From Rebecca billardiae RCC1528 (taxonomy: Eukaryota > Protista > Haptophyta), in assembly GCA_965240325.2 (NCBI GenBank), contig OZ251245.1, forward strand, positions 124,001 to 188,000: a stretch of DNA of 64,000 nt, written 5' to 3'. Every line of letters begins with the position of its first letter. The stretch's first letter is position 1. The notes beneath the pieces were generated by a model, which worked only from the letters and a program-made list of their open reading frames with translations, was not told the DNA's origin and made no database searches. The translations under genes were made by a program, and so were the position numbers. Positions 24,660-37,500 of this stretch are shown here, piece after piece.

Positions 24660-27047
24660 TAGGGGGTCCATGACAGCAGCCCACTGATTTGTGATTTTCG
24701 ACAACCATGCGATTTAGGTGTCTGACGAGCGAGGCGCTTGCGAAGGCACCCACAAATATGTCCCGGAACCCAGCCCAGCCGTCAGAAGCACGCAAAACCG
24801 ACTCCGCGTGCCGTCGCGCGGTCGTGCGCGCGCGCCAGCTGCGCCACTGTGTCACAATACAGATTCAGCCAAACGTCAACGACTTGTTATGGCGGCTACA
24901 TGACGGTATATCGCCGAACTTACTTATTCATAACCGTTGCAACCCGCCCAAATAAAATTACGGCGGAATTGCTGATTTTTAGAAGGCACGATGAGTGCGC
25001 GTAGAGGGCGAGGAAAAACTACTCCAAGATCGAGCATGTTACCCATTTAATTAGAGACACGTACCCGTATATATGCGCATATCTACCCGCTTATTATATA
25101 ATGCGGGTGTGTTTTAAATATATATTCAGGGTGCTGTCAATATGAGGGTACCTTGTTCACTATTCGTGCTGGGTCATCCGAATAGGCCGCGCCGCCGCGC
25201 GGAGACGGCGGGCTCATGCCACTCGAACCGTGCCGCAGCAGGCCCGGACGGACCTGATGCGGGCGGCGGGCTGCGTGCCGGAGCACACTACCAAGCCCAC
25301 CTCTGAGCATGCCACCATCCCCATAGTCGTGAGAGAGTCCTCCGCCATCGAGGCTTGCGTGCGCAGACTAGCAGTCGCCGCCGCCGAGCTTGCCGCGGTC
25401 CGTTCGGCGACTTCCGTGCCCGTGCTCTGTGTCACCGGCGTCGTCGCCGTTCGTCGTACCCTAGCCCACGCGAGGGCGTCACCGGTCCACCAGTACTGCG
25501 GCGGACTGCGCGCGCTTCGCCGCGCGCTCGCCCTCGAGCTCCGCCGCTCTCCTCTCGCGCTCGAACTCGGCGCAGTCGGCAGCCATGGCAGCCCGCTCGG
25601 CCGCAGCTCGATCTGTGCCCCCGCTCGGTTGCGTTGGCGCGCAAGCTGGCGCGCGCAGCGTCGGCGACGGCGCGCGCGATCGCCTTGCGCGACGAGTTCA
25701 GCTCCACCTGCTGCTCCGTCAGGCGCACCTGCTGCTCCAAGATGATCGCGTGCTCAGCAGGAGTCACGCGCTGCTCGTGCAGCTGCACCTGCACGCGGCC
25801 TGCTGCGGACGCGCGCGGCGCGCTGGCGTCGGGGGGCGAGTAGAGGTCGCGGAAGGGGCAGCTGTCGTCGCCGGCGCCCAGCGACGTGTCGTCGACATCC
25901 AGCTCCGCCTTCCTCTCCGCCGCCGACGCGCCCTGCTTCCGGCTCAGGATGCGCTCCATGTCCTCGTGCTTGCCCTTCCACCACCTGTGCACGGTCATCA
26001 GCCAGATGCCGATCACCTCGAGCCGCGGCGAGTCGTGGCGCAACGAGATGCCGAGCGCATCCACGCAGACGAGCGTGAGCGCCTTGGGCTTCTTCGTCCG
26101 ACCGTCGCGCGCGGTCTGGGCGCACGCAGGGGTGAACACTCTGACCAACGGCTTGTGCTTCTTCGAGTTCTCAAGCATGAGCTCCACGAGACCACGAGCG
26201 TGCGGAGGAGGTCAAGGAGCATGAAGTCGAGCACCGATGCGTACCGCGGGCGAGTGCCGGCCACGCGCCAGCTGGTCGAGGGCTGTAGCACGTGGATGGC
26301 GCGCGCCGCCACCGCCGTCTCCTCGAGCTGCTGCGCGCTGACGTTGACGTCAGGCCGTAGCTCGGGCCTGCACGGTTGCTCACAGTCGAGGCCGTCCGCG
26401 GAGGAGGCGAGCCCCTCGGCGGTGCCGGCAGGGACCTCGGGCGGGTCGCACACACCCATGGGCACGCGTGCATCATCGTCTGCCGCGCCCTGGACCTCGT
26501 CATGCCCGGCACAGCGGTCCGCAAGTTGGTCGGCGGCAGCTGGCCCTTGCGGCAGAGGCGTCGCGGGCACGTCCGAGGGCGAGATGGCAGCGACGGGTGG
26601 GGAAGGAGACAGTGTCCAGTCGTTGTCGATGCCCATCCCACCATATTGCGCATGTTCGTCTCCGTATTGCTCTCCTGCACGTGCTCCTAGGACGCGCTCC
26701 TTGGTCGCGAGCAGCACACGTCGAGCACGCAGATTCAAATGATGAAGCACGAGCGTCGTTTGACCAGCGACTCCCAGCGAGAGCCCGGTCCACACGAACC
26801 GTGGCTACGTGTCCGTGTCCACCGAGTCGCTCGGCGAGGCGCCTGCGCCGATGTGGGCGCGCCCAATGGCGAGCGGACGGCCGTCGACGAGGGCCATCAG
26901 CCTTGCCGACCCCGTTCAGAGCTCCGCTCCCGCGCCGGGCCGAGCCGAGCGCGGATTTGGAATCTGCCATCGCGAAAACACGCCGAACAAGTTCTGAAAA
27001 GGAAAAGAAAAGAAATCAAAACTTGATTTAATCAGATGGACCCCCTA
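24660..27047. mobile_element. Cut-and-paste DNA transposon 'element A' (2,388 bp; hAT-like TAG...CTA termini; probably non-autonomous)
   Basis: Perfect 12-bp TIR TAGGGGGTCCAT (24660-24671) / ATGGACCCCCTA (27036-27047). 7-bp TSD GCGGCTG at 24653-24659 and 27048-27054. AT-rich subterminal regions with GATTT motifs. Confidence 0.88.
25432..26795 (-). pseudogene. Frameshifted coding sequence of unknown function inside element A
   Basis: ORFs 26013-26795 and 25432-26187 overlap in different frames, joining near LLRTLVV/ELMLENSKKHKPLVRVF. Codon pattern is protein-like and a coiled-coil-like tail continues in a further frame. No recognisable transposase catalytic motif seen. Confidence 0.5.
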
Positions 27048-27167
27048 GCGGCTGGCGACGGCGGCGCGGCGGTGTGACTAGTAGTTCCGGATGGCCCGGG
27101 TACGGTATATATATATAACTATATGCGCTTCGAGCGTGAGCCGAGGGCACTTGGCGGAGTGGTTAGA

Positions 27168-27279
<112 letters not shown>

Positions 27280-27515
27280 GCTATACTGACTCGCCCCTGC
27301 TGCCCGCCGCGAGGCCGTGACGTCATGCCGAATCATCTGCGTGCTGTCGCCGGCCGCGCGCGTGTCATCGAGTACTAGCTAGTGGGGCTATGTGCGAATC
27401 AAGCCAAGTGGGGTCAGAGCTCCGACCGTTACACTCTCGGGTGCCACAATCTCCCGAAATCTCTTATTAGCATGAACTATCACGCGGGTATTTACTTGGA
27501 CGAACTAGTTAGTAT

Positions 27516-29463
27516 TAGCCTGGTCCATCCCGATTTTCGCCAGTGAAAAAGCCTTTTCGGATTTTGGGCGCCCGATTTTTCTAGTCGCTCGTCGCGCTCG
27601 TCAAAAATCGCCACCGGCCGTCCGACCAAAGAAATAGAAATTCCGACGGCTCGCCGCGACGAGGTCGGGAAGGGGCTCGAGAGCCTCGACTGGACGACTG
27701 CGCCGCCTCATGTCAGGTGTAGTGCTGGACACATCGTTCGGGTGCCCCGGTGGTGTGCGTGCACACCTTGAGCGACATGTCTGCGTTGCTTCCGCCGCCC
27801 GCGGTCCGTCGCCAGGTCGACTTCTCGCCTGACGGCGCGCGTCGAACGCTCACCTGCTGGGTTGCGCGGCGCCTTCGAGACGGGCCACCTCGGGTAATAT
27901 GCGGGCCACGCGACGGCTCGTGTGGGCCACCGCCTACCCCTAGCATGTACTCGATGCCTTCACCAACGTTGGGCGCGCTGCGCATCGCCAACGCTTCATC
28001 CGGCCAGTCCCGTCACGTTTGCGCATGGGTCGTGCTGAGCGGCGGCTGTCGATTTGTGCTCCTCGTGGAGCTGTATGACGGGCTGGTGGCGAGCAGGATG
28101 GCTCGCCTTGCGGGGCTGGGTGTGTACAGTCGCAGTGTAGTGGCTGCCGGCTGACTCCCATCGCCTGGGTGCTGCTTTACCGTCATGGCCTTTGCTGCGA
28201 GCACAAGGTCGAGGATCGTACCGCGGTCTGCGAGGCAGAGTCGACGGAGTCGTCGCTTGAAGATGGTTGAGAGCGCTCATACGTCTTCCTTGATGTCGTG
28301 CGGCTACTCCAGCACGTCAGGCTCGCGCTCTGGCACGTGTTTGGTGTCCATGGGTGGCACATTGTGCCATTCGGGTGGCTCGGAAGCACGTGCTCGGGTG
28401 TCTTTCCCGTTTACGCGCGGTGGGCCAAGTCACCACGCAAGGCCAGAGCATGTCATGGCACGCAGAGGGTGCCCATGAACGATCCCCACCCCGGTGGTGG
28501 CCGTAGGCGCACTCGAAGCGGTCGCATCGTCACCCGCGGATCACATCAGTCCGCCGTTGAGGCTGTCGGGCGAGCAAAGACGTGCGAACTGACCCTTGGA
28601 CGGGCAGCTAGAATCGCGATTATGCCTCATCTAAGGACGCACATGTCGTCGTTGTAGGCAGTACTGATGCCCCAAGTGAAAGGGCGGGCGTGGCACGCGA
28701 CTTGACAGCTTGAAATACTCGATGCACGCCGCCATGGACACGCGATCCGGATCCATTGCGAACCTGCCGTGTGGCTCACGGCGGCGCGCGTTGTGCCGCA
28801 GATCGGCCAGTTGCCACGCAGGAGATGGTCTCCAGACCAGGTCCAGCACCTGACCGACTGCCGCACGCCTGGCCGGGTGGGAGTCCGGCCCTCTTCTTGT
28901 CTGCAGGAGTGCGCGGAAGGCCAGGCGGAGCCTCGTCCGACCACTGCACCCCGAGCGCCGCACTAATCGTGCAGCCTGGGACAGCTACCCACCTATGGCG
29001 AATATGTAACGACATAGTGGCATTTCAATTATACAGATCCAGAACTCATACGTATACGGGTACATTGCCCATAATATACGGGTATAAATGGGTAATATAG
29101 TCGATCTTGCAGTAGTTGAGTACGGCCACTTGCGCACAGACCACAGCCCATCCTAATGGCCTGCACCAGGGTTCATGCTCGCCTCGACGTACGCCAATAA
29201 GTAAGTTCGTGCGTTTGGGCTCATTTAGGCTAAGTACTTACCCACATTCGGACTGACGATTCTCTATGTGTCCGTAGTTGTCCGCGGCGCGCGCGCGCAC
29301 GCTCACGACGGGCCACGGATGCGAATTTTAGGCCGAAACTTTTGCTGCGCCCGGGCTGGGCCCATTTGTTACGCTGTTTCCGGGTGTGAGCGCGTGCCTA
29401 GGGGCCCGCGTTCATTTGGCGATAAAATCCCCGAAAGTGCTCCAGTGCGTTTGGACCAGGCTA
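27516..29463. mobile_element. Cut-and-paste DNA transposon 'element B' (1,948 bp), related to A and in opposite orientation
   Basis: Perfect 12-bp TIR TAGCCTGGTCCA (27516-27527) / TGGACCAGGCTA (29452-29463). 7-bp TSD TTAGTAT at 27509-27515 and 29464-29470. Repeated GATTTT subterminal motifs. Confidence 0.88.
27713..28963 (-). pseudogene. Decayed coding sequence inside element B
   Basis: A minus-strand frame reads EPPEWHNVPPMDTKHVPEREPDVLE*PHDIKEDV*ALSTIFKRRLRRLCLADRGTILDLVLAAK, interrupted by TAG/TGA stops and frameshifts. Family not recognised. Confidence 0.4.
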
Positions 29464-29945
29464 TTAGTATAGGCGTTAAGCAGGCTTAATTCCAGGGTGT
29501 AGAATCCGCCTGTGCCAATTAATTCAGACTGCCAAAATTAGTATGATCTAGCTAGACGGTGCGATTCTGGTGCAAATAGCGAGATCACCTTGGAGATCGC
29601 GCGTGTATCTCCCCTACTACTAATGTTGCCTAGATCGCGTCGAGATATTGATGAGGTCGCGCGTATATATGTCTCCAGTATGTATAGTACGTGATAGATA
29701 TATATATGATCGACATTTATTTATTCCGCGCAGCAATAAAACTTGTCAGCGTCGGACCCCGCAGCTCAGTTTACACGTAACTGTTCAGGACGAATAATAT
29801 TGACATCCCGAAGTTTGAGAGCCTCATCTCAAGACGACAGGAAGTTGGATTTTGGGCCACGCACCCCCCAGTGGGGCTCTGACCCCTCTAATCGAGTACG
29901 ACTCTCACTACGAGTGTCGAGCGCGGCACGCGTCCGGTCGCACTC

Positions 29946-30789
29946 TCAGTCAGTGTGGCATGCGAGCGCGCTGCCTGCGCCGCTGACCTGGTGGAGGAGC
30001 TCGAGCTCCTCGAGGGACGCAGGGCCGCCGTCGTCCAGCTGCGCGAGCTGCGCGAAGAGGGCGGCGTGCTCGTCCGCCGCCGGCCGCGCCGGCTGCGACC
30101 GCGCCGGCTGCGCGCTCGGGCGGTTGCACTCGGCGGCGGCAGGCGCGCGGCGCGCGCGCGGCTGCTGCGCCGCGCCCGCGTCCGCCGCCATCGGCGCAGA
30201 GCCCGCCGCGCCCGCGGCGAGTGTGGTGGAGAGGGCGTTGCAGTGCAGCCGGTGCGCGGCGCTCGTCACGCCGTACTCGGACGCGACGGCCGCCTCGGCG
30301 GCGAGCGCCGAGCACTCGCGCGTGAGGTCGGAGAGCGAGTGAGCGGGCGCGTGCGCTTGCCGCGGCTGCTGCTGCTGCGGCTGCTGCTGCTGCCGCGGCT
30401 GCTGCTGCTGCGGATGCGCGGCCGCCGCCGCGCCCGCCGGCATGCCGCGGTGCGGCTGCATCGACGCGTGGCCGGCGGCGCCGGCGGCGTGCGCGAACCG
30501 CTGCTGCGCGGCCGCGTGCTGCTGCAGCAGCAGCTGCTGCGCCTGCGCCTGCTGCGCCGCGTGCGCGTGCGCCAGCTCGACGCCGAGCCCGTGCGGCGAC
30601 TGTAGCCTCGCCCCTTGTGCCAGCTGATGGTGCAGTGGGTGGTGGTGGCGGTGGTGAGGGTAGGGGGCGCCGCCATGGTGCGCGTCGTACCCGGCGGCGG
30701 CTGCGGCTGCGCGCGCCTCTGCCGCGAGCAGCGCCGCGTGGTGTTGTTGCTGCTGCTGCTGCTGCAGCAGCAGCTGCTGGCTCAGGCTG

Positions 30790-30822
<33 letters not shown>

Positions 30823-31001
30823 GCCTGCAGCGCGTGAGCGTGCGCCAGCTGCTGCTGCTGCGCCTGCAGCTGCGCAGGGCCATCGGGCACGAGGCCGGCG
30901 CCACCGCCGAGCAGCGGGTAGTGCCCGTGCGCCCCCTCCTCCTCCTGCTGCTGCTGCTGCCGCGCAGCGGCGGCCACAAGGGCCGCCGCCAGCGCGCTCG
31001 C

Positions 31002-31062
<61 letters not shown>

Positions 31063-32064
31063 GCGCCCGCGCCGTGCGGCTGGAGCGACGCGGCGCGCGC
31101 GGCGAGCGCGGCGGCGGCGGCGGCGGCGTTGCCACCACCAAGCGCCCAGCCGCCACCCGCCGCCTCCGGCCGCGCGCCCGCGTGCCGCAGCCGCGAGGGC
31201 GCACTGACCGGCCCCACTGCCGGCGGCGGCCCTCGCGATGGCTCGGGCGCCCCGTCGGGGGTGCCGAGCCCGGCGGCGGCGGCGGCGGTGGCCGCGCGCT
31301 GCTGCCAGTTGAGCGCGCCCACCGAGTGCGAGCGCTGGAAGCTCGAGGAGCGCCCGACCTGCCCCGGCTGCCCGGGCGGCTGCGGCTGCTGCGCCGGCGG
31401 CCCCGGCGGCTGCGGCGCGCCCTCGGGGCGGTGCAGGTCAGAGGAGGAGCCGGAGTCGGCCGAGCTGCCGCGCATCGAGAGGCCGCGCGCCGCGGCGGCG
31501 GCGGTCGCGGCGGCGCCGCCGAGCGCGCCCACCGCCGGCGCCGCCGCCACCGCCGCGACGCGCTGCGCGAACCCCGCCGCCCACGGCGCGGCGGCCATCA
31601 GCTTAGCCGCGAGCGTCGGGTCAGGGACGGAGGTGGCGGGCACGGGCGGCGCCACGGGCTGCAGCGAGTAGCACTCCCAGACGAGGGAGCCGTCGGCGGT
31701 GGCGGCGACGCGCACGCTGAGCGCGAAGCCGCCCATGGCGTACCCGCCCACGCAGAGGGCGACGGGGCGCCACCCCTCCGCGGCGGCGTGCTGCGTCGTC
31801 AGCGACGCGGAGTGCGGCGAGGGCGGCGGCTCGCACGCGCCGAGCGCGTCCGCCGCCGCCTTCGCCGCCGCCTCCGCCGCGCCGCCGAGCCCCGGCGGCG
31901 CGCTCAGCTTGAGCCGGTCCCAGAGCGACACGACCAGCTGCGCGATCATCTGCCGGTCCGCCTCGGCGAAGAGCTCGTACCACGACGAGTCCACATGCGC
32001 ATTCGCGTCGAGATGCGCATCTGCGGCCGGGCCGGTGGCCGGGCCGTGCGCTGTGCCGCCGTCC

Positions 32065-32095
<31 letters not shown>

Positions 32096-33762
32096 GGCTG
32101 CTGTCGAGCGCGCCGCGCGCGCCGAGCGCGGGGCGGAGCATGCGCCCGAGCGCGTCCGCGCAGCCCAGCGCCTCGAACGTCGCGAGCAGCGGCGCGTTAG
32201 GCAGCCACAGCGTCGCAGAGCCGTGGGGCGGCGCGTGCGCGCCGGCGGCGCGCTCGCGCGCGCCGCCGGGCGCGGGGGCGCCCGCGACGCCCGCCGCGCC
32301 GACGGCGCGCCCCTCGACGCGCGCCACGCAGGGCCACTCCGCGCGGTGCAGCTGCGCGATGTACTTGGGCATCCGAAGGGGCGCGGCCACGCCGCCGCCG
32401 CCGCCGCCCGCGCTGCCCGCCGCGGGCTCGGCGCCCGCCGGCGCGGCGTGCTCGGCGCGCGGCGCGGCGAGGGCGGCGGGCGCGGCCGCCGCGGCGCGCT
32501 CGTGCGCGGCGGCGGCGGCAGCCGACGCGTCGGGCGCGCCCGCGCCCACGCCCGCCGCCTCCTCGCCCTCGCCCTCGCTCTTGATGTCTTCCGAGCCGCC
32601 GCCGCCGCCGCTGTGCTGCGCGCCGTCCGCGCCGTCCGCGCCGCCGCCGCCGGCGCCGCCGCCGTCGGCTGTGTGATCATCCGTGTCGGCCGCGTCGACG
32701 TCGCGCTCGCGGCGCTTGCCCAGCGCGGTGGTCGCGGTGCCGCGCGTGGGCGTGGGCGACTGCGAGCTCGGCGTGTAGTAACGGCTGCCCACGCCGCCGC
32801 GCGCCGCGCCGCCCACGTCGACACTCATGGCGGCAGACGTGGCCGCGGGCGGCGGATGCGTCGGCGCGGCGCCGGGCGCGGCGGCGGACATGGCGGCGAG
32901 GACGGCGTCGAGCGGCAGGCCGATCTCCTGGCCCATGCGCATCACCGCGTGCGCGTGCGCTGCGCACGCGCGCCGAGGGGCGCGCGCGCGGGGGCGGGCG
33001 GGCGGGCGGTGAGCGCTGGGCGTTGGGCGTGCGCGCCGGCGCGCGCACGCCGGCGCGCGCGGCGCGGCGCGGCGCGGCGCGGCGCGCACCAAAGGCGGAG
33101 GAGGTGGTGTGCGTGGCGGCGGCGGCGCTGTGCACCCAGCGCATGCGTAGCGCCTGCGAGCCGTGCGAGCGCAGCGCGTCGCGGAACGCCGTCCACGCCG
33201 TCGGCGGCGGCGCGAATCCGCCTCCGGCCGCGGGCGCGGCGCGCGCGAGCGCGCCGCCTTGCGCGAGCGCGGCGGCGACGTCCGAGTGCGAGGGGAGGCG
33301 CGAGATGGGCAGGCGGTGCACGGCGGGCGAGGCCTCCGAGCCGCCCCCGCCGCCGCACAGCAGCGCGTCCGTCGTCACGCCCAGCTGCTCGTACGAGCCG
33401 AGCGATGAGCCCGAGAGTAGCGCGCGCACCGCCGGGCCGAGCCGTGCGGACGCCGAGCGCTTGCCGCGCTGCGACGGGCCGTTGGGGAGGCAGATGAGGC
33501 CGAGGCGGGTGCAGCGCTTGCACGACGCGCCGCTGTCCACGTGCAGCCCGTCGCACTTCACCTTGGACAGCCGGCACCCGCGGCACGAGACTGGCGCGGG
33601 CTTCTTGGCCGCGCCGTCGGCCGCGGCCGACGACAGCGCGGCGGTGTCGACGCTCGCGCTGCGAGGGAGGGCGGGGGGGTGCGTGCCCTCCACGGGGAGC
33701 GTGGCGAAGCTCGACGGGCGCGAGGGCCGCTCCGCCGAGTGCGATCCCGGCTCGGTAGGCAT
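29946..33762 (-). CDS. Zn(II)2Cys6 binuclear-cluster transcription factor with polyQ/His-rich C-terminus, ~1,228 aa
   Basis: CRGCRLSKVKCDGLHVDSGASCKRCTRLGLIC fits C-x2-C-x6-C-x10-C-x2-C-x6-C. Intron 32960-33089 (GTGCGC...CAG) joins the two ORFs in frame. CAG tracts at ~30350-31060. Confidence 0.85.
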
Positions 33763-34562
33763 GGGGCACGGGCGGCGAAGGCAGGCGCCCTCTGAGCGAG
33801 CGGTGCGGTGCGCACCTCTGCTGGGGCTTCGCGGGCGAAGACCTCACGGTCGTCGCGGCACGGGGGAGATGTGCTCGAGATCGGCTCAATCTGGCGCTGG
33901 CTCGATTTGAGCGTCGTCAACTCGTGCAGCCGAAGCGCTGCGTTCTGCCAGCCTACTTTTGCTCTGCGTGGGACCAGCGCCTGCGCGCCCGCGGATGGCC
34001 AAGTCGCGTGAATCATAGATTGCTGCCTGATCTCGTGGGGAGATCGATCGATGAGTTGTATCTGGTTCTGACGCAACATGGGCCCCGGGCACCCAAGTAC
34101 TACAAGTACTACTGAGGCCCCAATCGGAACCCGGCGGCATACTTTACCAACCGTTGGAAACCTTTTCGTCCTGTTTTCCGCCCGTGATTTGGCCAGTGCG
34201 TTTAATTGGGCGATGATCATAAACCTCGAACGGTTTATGAACGGTTTATGAAAAAGATTCATAGATGAGTATTCGCATCTGTGCCCTCGACGCAGGGCGG
34301 GTTCGTCAACGCGCGGGAGGAAGATATTGGCGCGGGCAAAAGCAACTCATCATCACTGAGTAATCATCATACCCGCGTACCGGATCCCGTCAAGGCGTCA
34401 ACCCCGGCCTGCCAGTGATAAGCCATCATCAGAAGCTTCTCTGGATCCCCGGACAGCCGGCCGCCGGGGAGCACTTCGACAATGGCCGCCACCGTTCGCG
34501 TGCGCCGCGCCCCGGCCCCGCCACGCCATTAGAACAGGATGCACTCAGCGGTGGCAGCCAGC

Positions 34563-37500
34563 TCAGGTGAAGTCGCCACCGCCTCGGGCGCGCTCGTGCT
34601 CCCCACCACCGCCAGCGGCGCCGCTTCCAGCGCCGCCGCGGGTGGCGGGCGCACGACGTCGATGGCCGCCGGCGGGTCCGCGCGCGCACAGCGCGCCGCC
34701 CGCGCGCGCTGACGCTGACGCCGCCGCGGCCGCACCGCCGCCGCCGCCTCCGCCGGCCGGCGCGCCGCCACCGAGCTCGCGCGACGCGCCGCCGCGCGCG
34801 CTCGCGGCCTGCCGCGCGCGCCCGCCGGCACATCCCGCCCGCGCGACGGCCGAGTAGGCGCCGACGCTGTGCTCCTCCTCCTCGGCGGCCGCGCCGCGCT
34901 CGGCGCCGCGGCCGCGGGCGCGCGGCGCGCCGCTCGCGCGCGCGCCGCCGTCCGAACCCGCGCCACGCCGCGCGCCGCCGCACGCGCCGCCGAGCAGCGA
35001 GCGCACGCCGCCGGCGAGGCCGCCGCGCGCGTTGAGCCGCGCGCCGCCCACCACGCCGCGCGCACCGCCGGCCGGCGCCGCGCCGCGCCCCGTGCCGCCG
35101 CCGCCGCCGCCGCCGCCGGGCGCGGCGGCGGCCGCGTGCTGGCCCCAGCTGGGCGCGGCGCGGCGCTCGCGCGCGGCCCTGCGCGCGAGCAGCCCACGCG
35201 CGGCGCGCTGCAGCGCGATGGCGGCGAGCACGTCCCTCGCGTTCCACTGCAGCGGCTCCTCCTCCGCCGCCGCGCCGCCGCCGCCGCGGACCAGCGCGCG
35301 CAGCGCCCTCGTCGCCGCCCAGCTGCGCTCGAGCTCGCGGGTCGCGTGAGCCTCTGGCGGCAGCTGCACACCGCCCGCGCGCGCGGCGAGCGCGTAGAGC
35401 GTCTCGCCGAACTGGACGTGTCCGGAGCGGTCCGGGAGCTCGAGGCGCGCGAGGAGCGACAGCGCCGCGTGCCGGTCTGTCGTGCCGAGCAGCAGCCCGA
35501 GCCCGCGCGCGCCGAGCGGCGGCGGCAGCGCGAGCAGCAGCTGCGGCAGCCGTGGCGTGGGCAGCGTGTACGAGCCCGTCTCGTCAATCTGCGCCCACGC
35601 GCGCACAAAGGCGTCGAGCTCCTCCTGCGACGGCGGCCGCCTGTTGCCCGTGCGGTCGGCGAGGGAGCCGAGCAGCCCGGCGCCGAGGCTCGCGGGCGGC
35701 TCGGGTCCGTCGTCGCCGTCGGACGTGCCGGCAAAGTTGTCCAGGATCACGCCGATCACCAGGTTGAGCATCACGAACGTGCACACCAGCTGGAACGAGA
35801 CAAAGTAAATGATCGCGCCCGCCGAGCTGCCGCAGTCGGTGACGGGCGCGGAGGCCGGCGGGTGCGGCTCGCAGTCTGGCGGACCCTCGATGCGCGCGGA
35901 GTGCATCAGCGAGTTCCACGCCTCGCCCGTGGACATGCGCAGCAGCAGCGCGAAGCTCGCGCCGAAGCTCTGGAAGTTTGCGTGCCGCTCGAGCCCGCCC
36001 TCCGCGCCCTCCGCGCCGCCGCCCGGCCGCCCGCCCGCCAGCTGCACGCCGCCCCACAGCTTCATCCCGAGCACGGCGTACACGAAGAACAGAAGACAGA
36101 GCAGCGCAAAGACGTTGGCGAGCGAGGGCAGCGAGATGAAGATGGTGCGCAGCATGTGCCGCAGGCCCTTGGCGCGCTTCACCAGCCGCAGGATGCGGAA
36201 GATGCTGCGCGCGCGCGCGCACGCCGCGGCGCGCGGTTGGGAGGGTCGGGTCGGGTGGGGGGAAGGCGAGCGCTGGGGCTAGGCGGGGGCGGGCGCACCG
36301 CCCGCCAGCGCGGCGCGCGGCGCCAAGCGCGCGCGCGCGCGCGCGGCCGCACCGGAAGATGCGCAGCGCGCGCAGCACGAGCGGGTTGACCGGCAGCGTG
36401 CTCGGCGCCGCGAGCAGCGCCAGCGCGAGGTCCACCAGAGAGGCGAGCACGAGCACCGCGTCAAACTGGTGCCAGCGCGAGTGCGCGTAGTTGCGCGCGC
36501 CGAGCGCGAGCAGCTTGAGGCCCATCTCCGCTGCGAAGAGCGCCGAGAAGGCGAGGTTGGCGTAGAAGGACGCGGCGGCGGCCTGCGGCGTGGGCGCGTA
36601 GTGCTCGGTCGCCATCACGCCCACGTTGAGCAGGATCAGCGCGAACACCGCCGGCGCGAACGCGCCGTGCGTGACCACGTCGTGCGCCCAGCCGCGCAGC
36701 GCGGGCGCCGCCGGCCGCTTGGGCGTCACGCTGAGCTGCAACCGCGTCATCAGCTGCTGCGACGCGACCCAGCGGCGCTGCGCGTCGTCGAGCAGCGCCG
36801 AGCCGTTCTGCTCCGCGCGGATCTGGAAGAAGTTGTCGATCACCACGCCGACGAAGAGGTTGACGATCACGAACGCGCCCACCAAGATGAACGCGACGTA
36901 GAACAGCGCGTGCTGCCGCGCCGCGTCGCGCGCGGGCGCGCGCCCGGCGCCGCGCGCGTCCACGCCCGCGTGCATGATGTCGGGCCAGTTCTCGAGGGTG
37001 CTCACTTCGAAGAGCGTGAGGATGGCCTCGAAGACGTCGTCGTACCCGGAGGCGTACTTGGCCCACGCGCCCCCCGCCGCCTCGCACGCGCCGCGGTCGA
37101 GGCCCGCGCCCGCGCCCTCGCACCGGTACGCAGTGCCTGCGAACAGTTGGACACCCAGGATGCCAAAGATGAGCCAGAAGAGACAGACCACCACCGACAC
37201 GTTGGCGATGGCGGGGAGCGCGCGCACGAGCGAGGCGACGACCGTGCGCAGCCCGGCGTGCCGCTTGATCAGCCGGAGCGGGCGGAGCACGCGCAGCACG
37301 CGCAGCGCCGCGAGCTGCGGCACGGACAGCAACGAGAGCAAAGAGATCGCCACGATCGCCATGTCCAGAAGGTTCCACTTGTCGCGCACGTACACGCGCA
37401 CGCCTGCCCATCGTCCCATCGTCAGGAGTCGCGGCGAATGTGCATGGTTGGAGGGGTCGGCGCGAGAGCGTTCGCCGGGTGGTGATTCGTGGCGGGGAGT

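Larger units (their letters stand above)
27376..29890. mobile_element. Putative short MITE-like 'element C' (~560 bp once B is removed) hosting element B
   Basis: 9-bp direct repeat ATCGAGTAC at 27367-27375 and 29891-29899, flanking TAG...CTA. The right end (reverse complement TAGAGGGGTCAGAGCCCC) matches AAGTGGGGTCAGAGCTCC at 27406-27423 (15/18), but that match is offset ~30 bp from the left boundary. Confidence 0.45.

Noticed and set aside
27144-27166. GGGCACTTGGCGGAGTGGTTAG resembles a tRNA 5' half with an A-box
   Set aside because: No anticodon arm, T-loop or acceptor complement follows, and the sequence runs into (TA)n. At most a fragment.
34217-34251. Short inverted and direct repeat TCATAAACC / GGTTTATGA upstream of the Zn2Cys6 gene
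   Set aside because: Single occurrence with 9-bp arms; insufficient support for a regulatory call.
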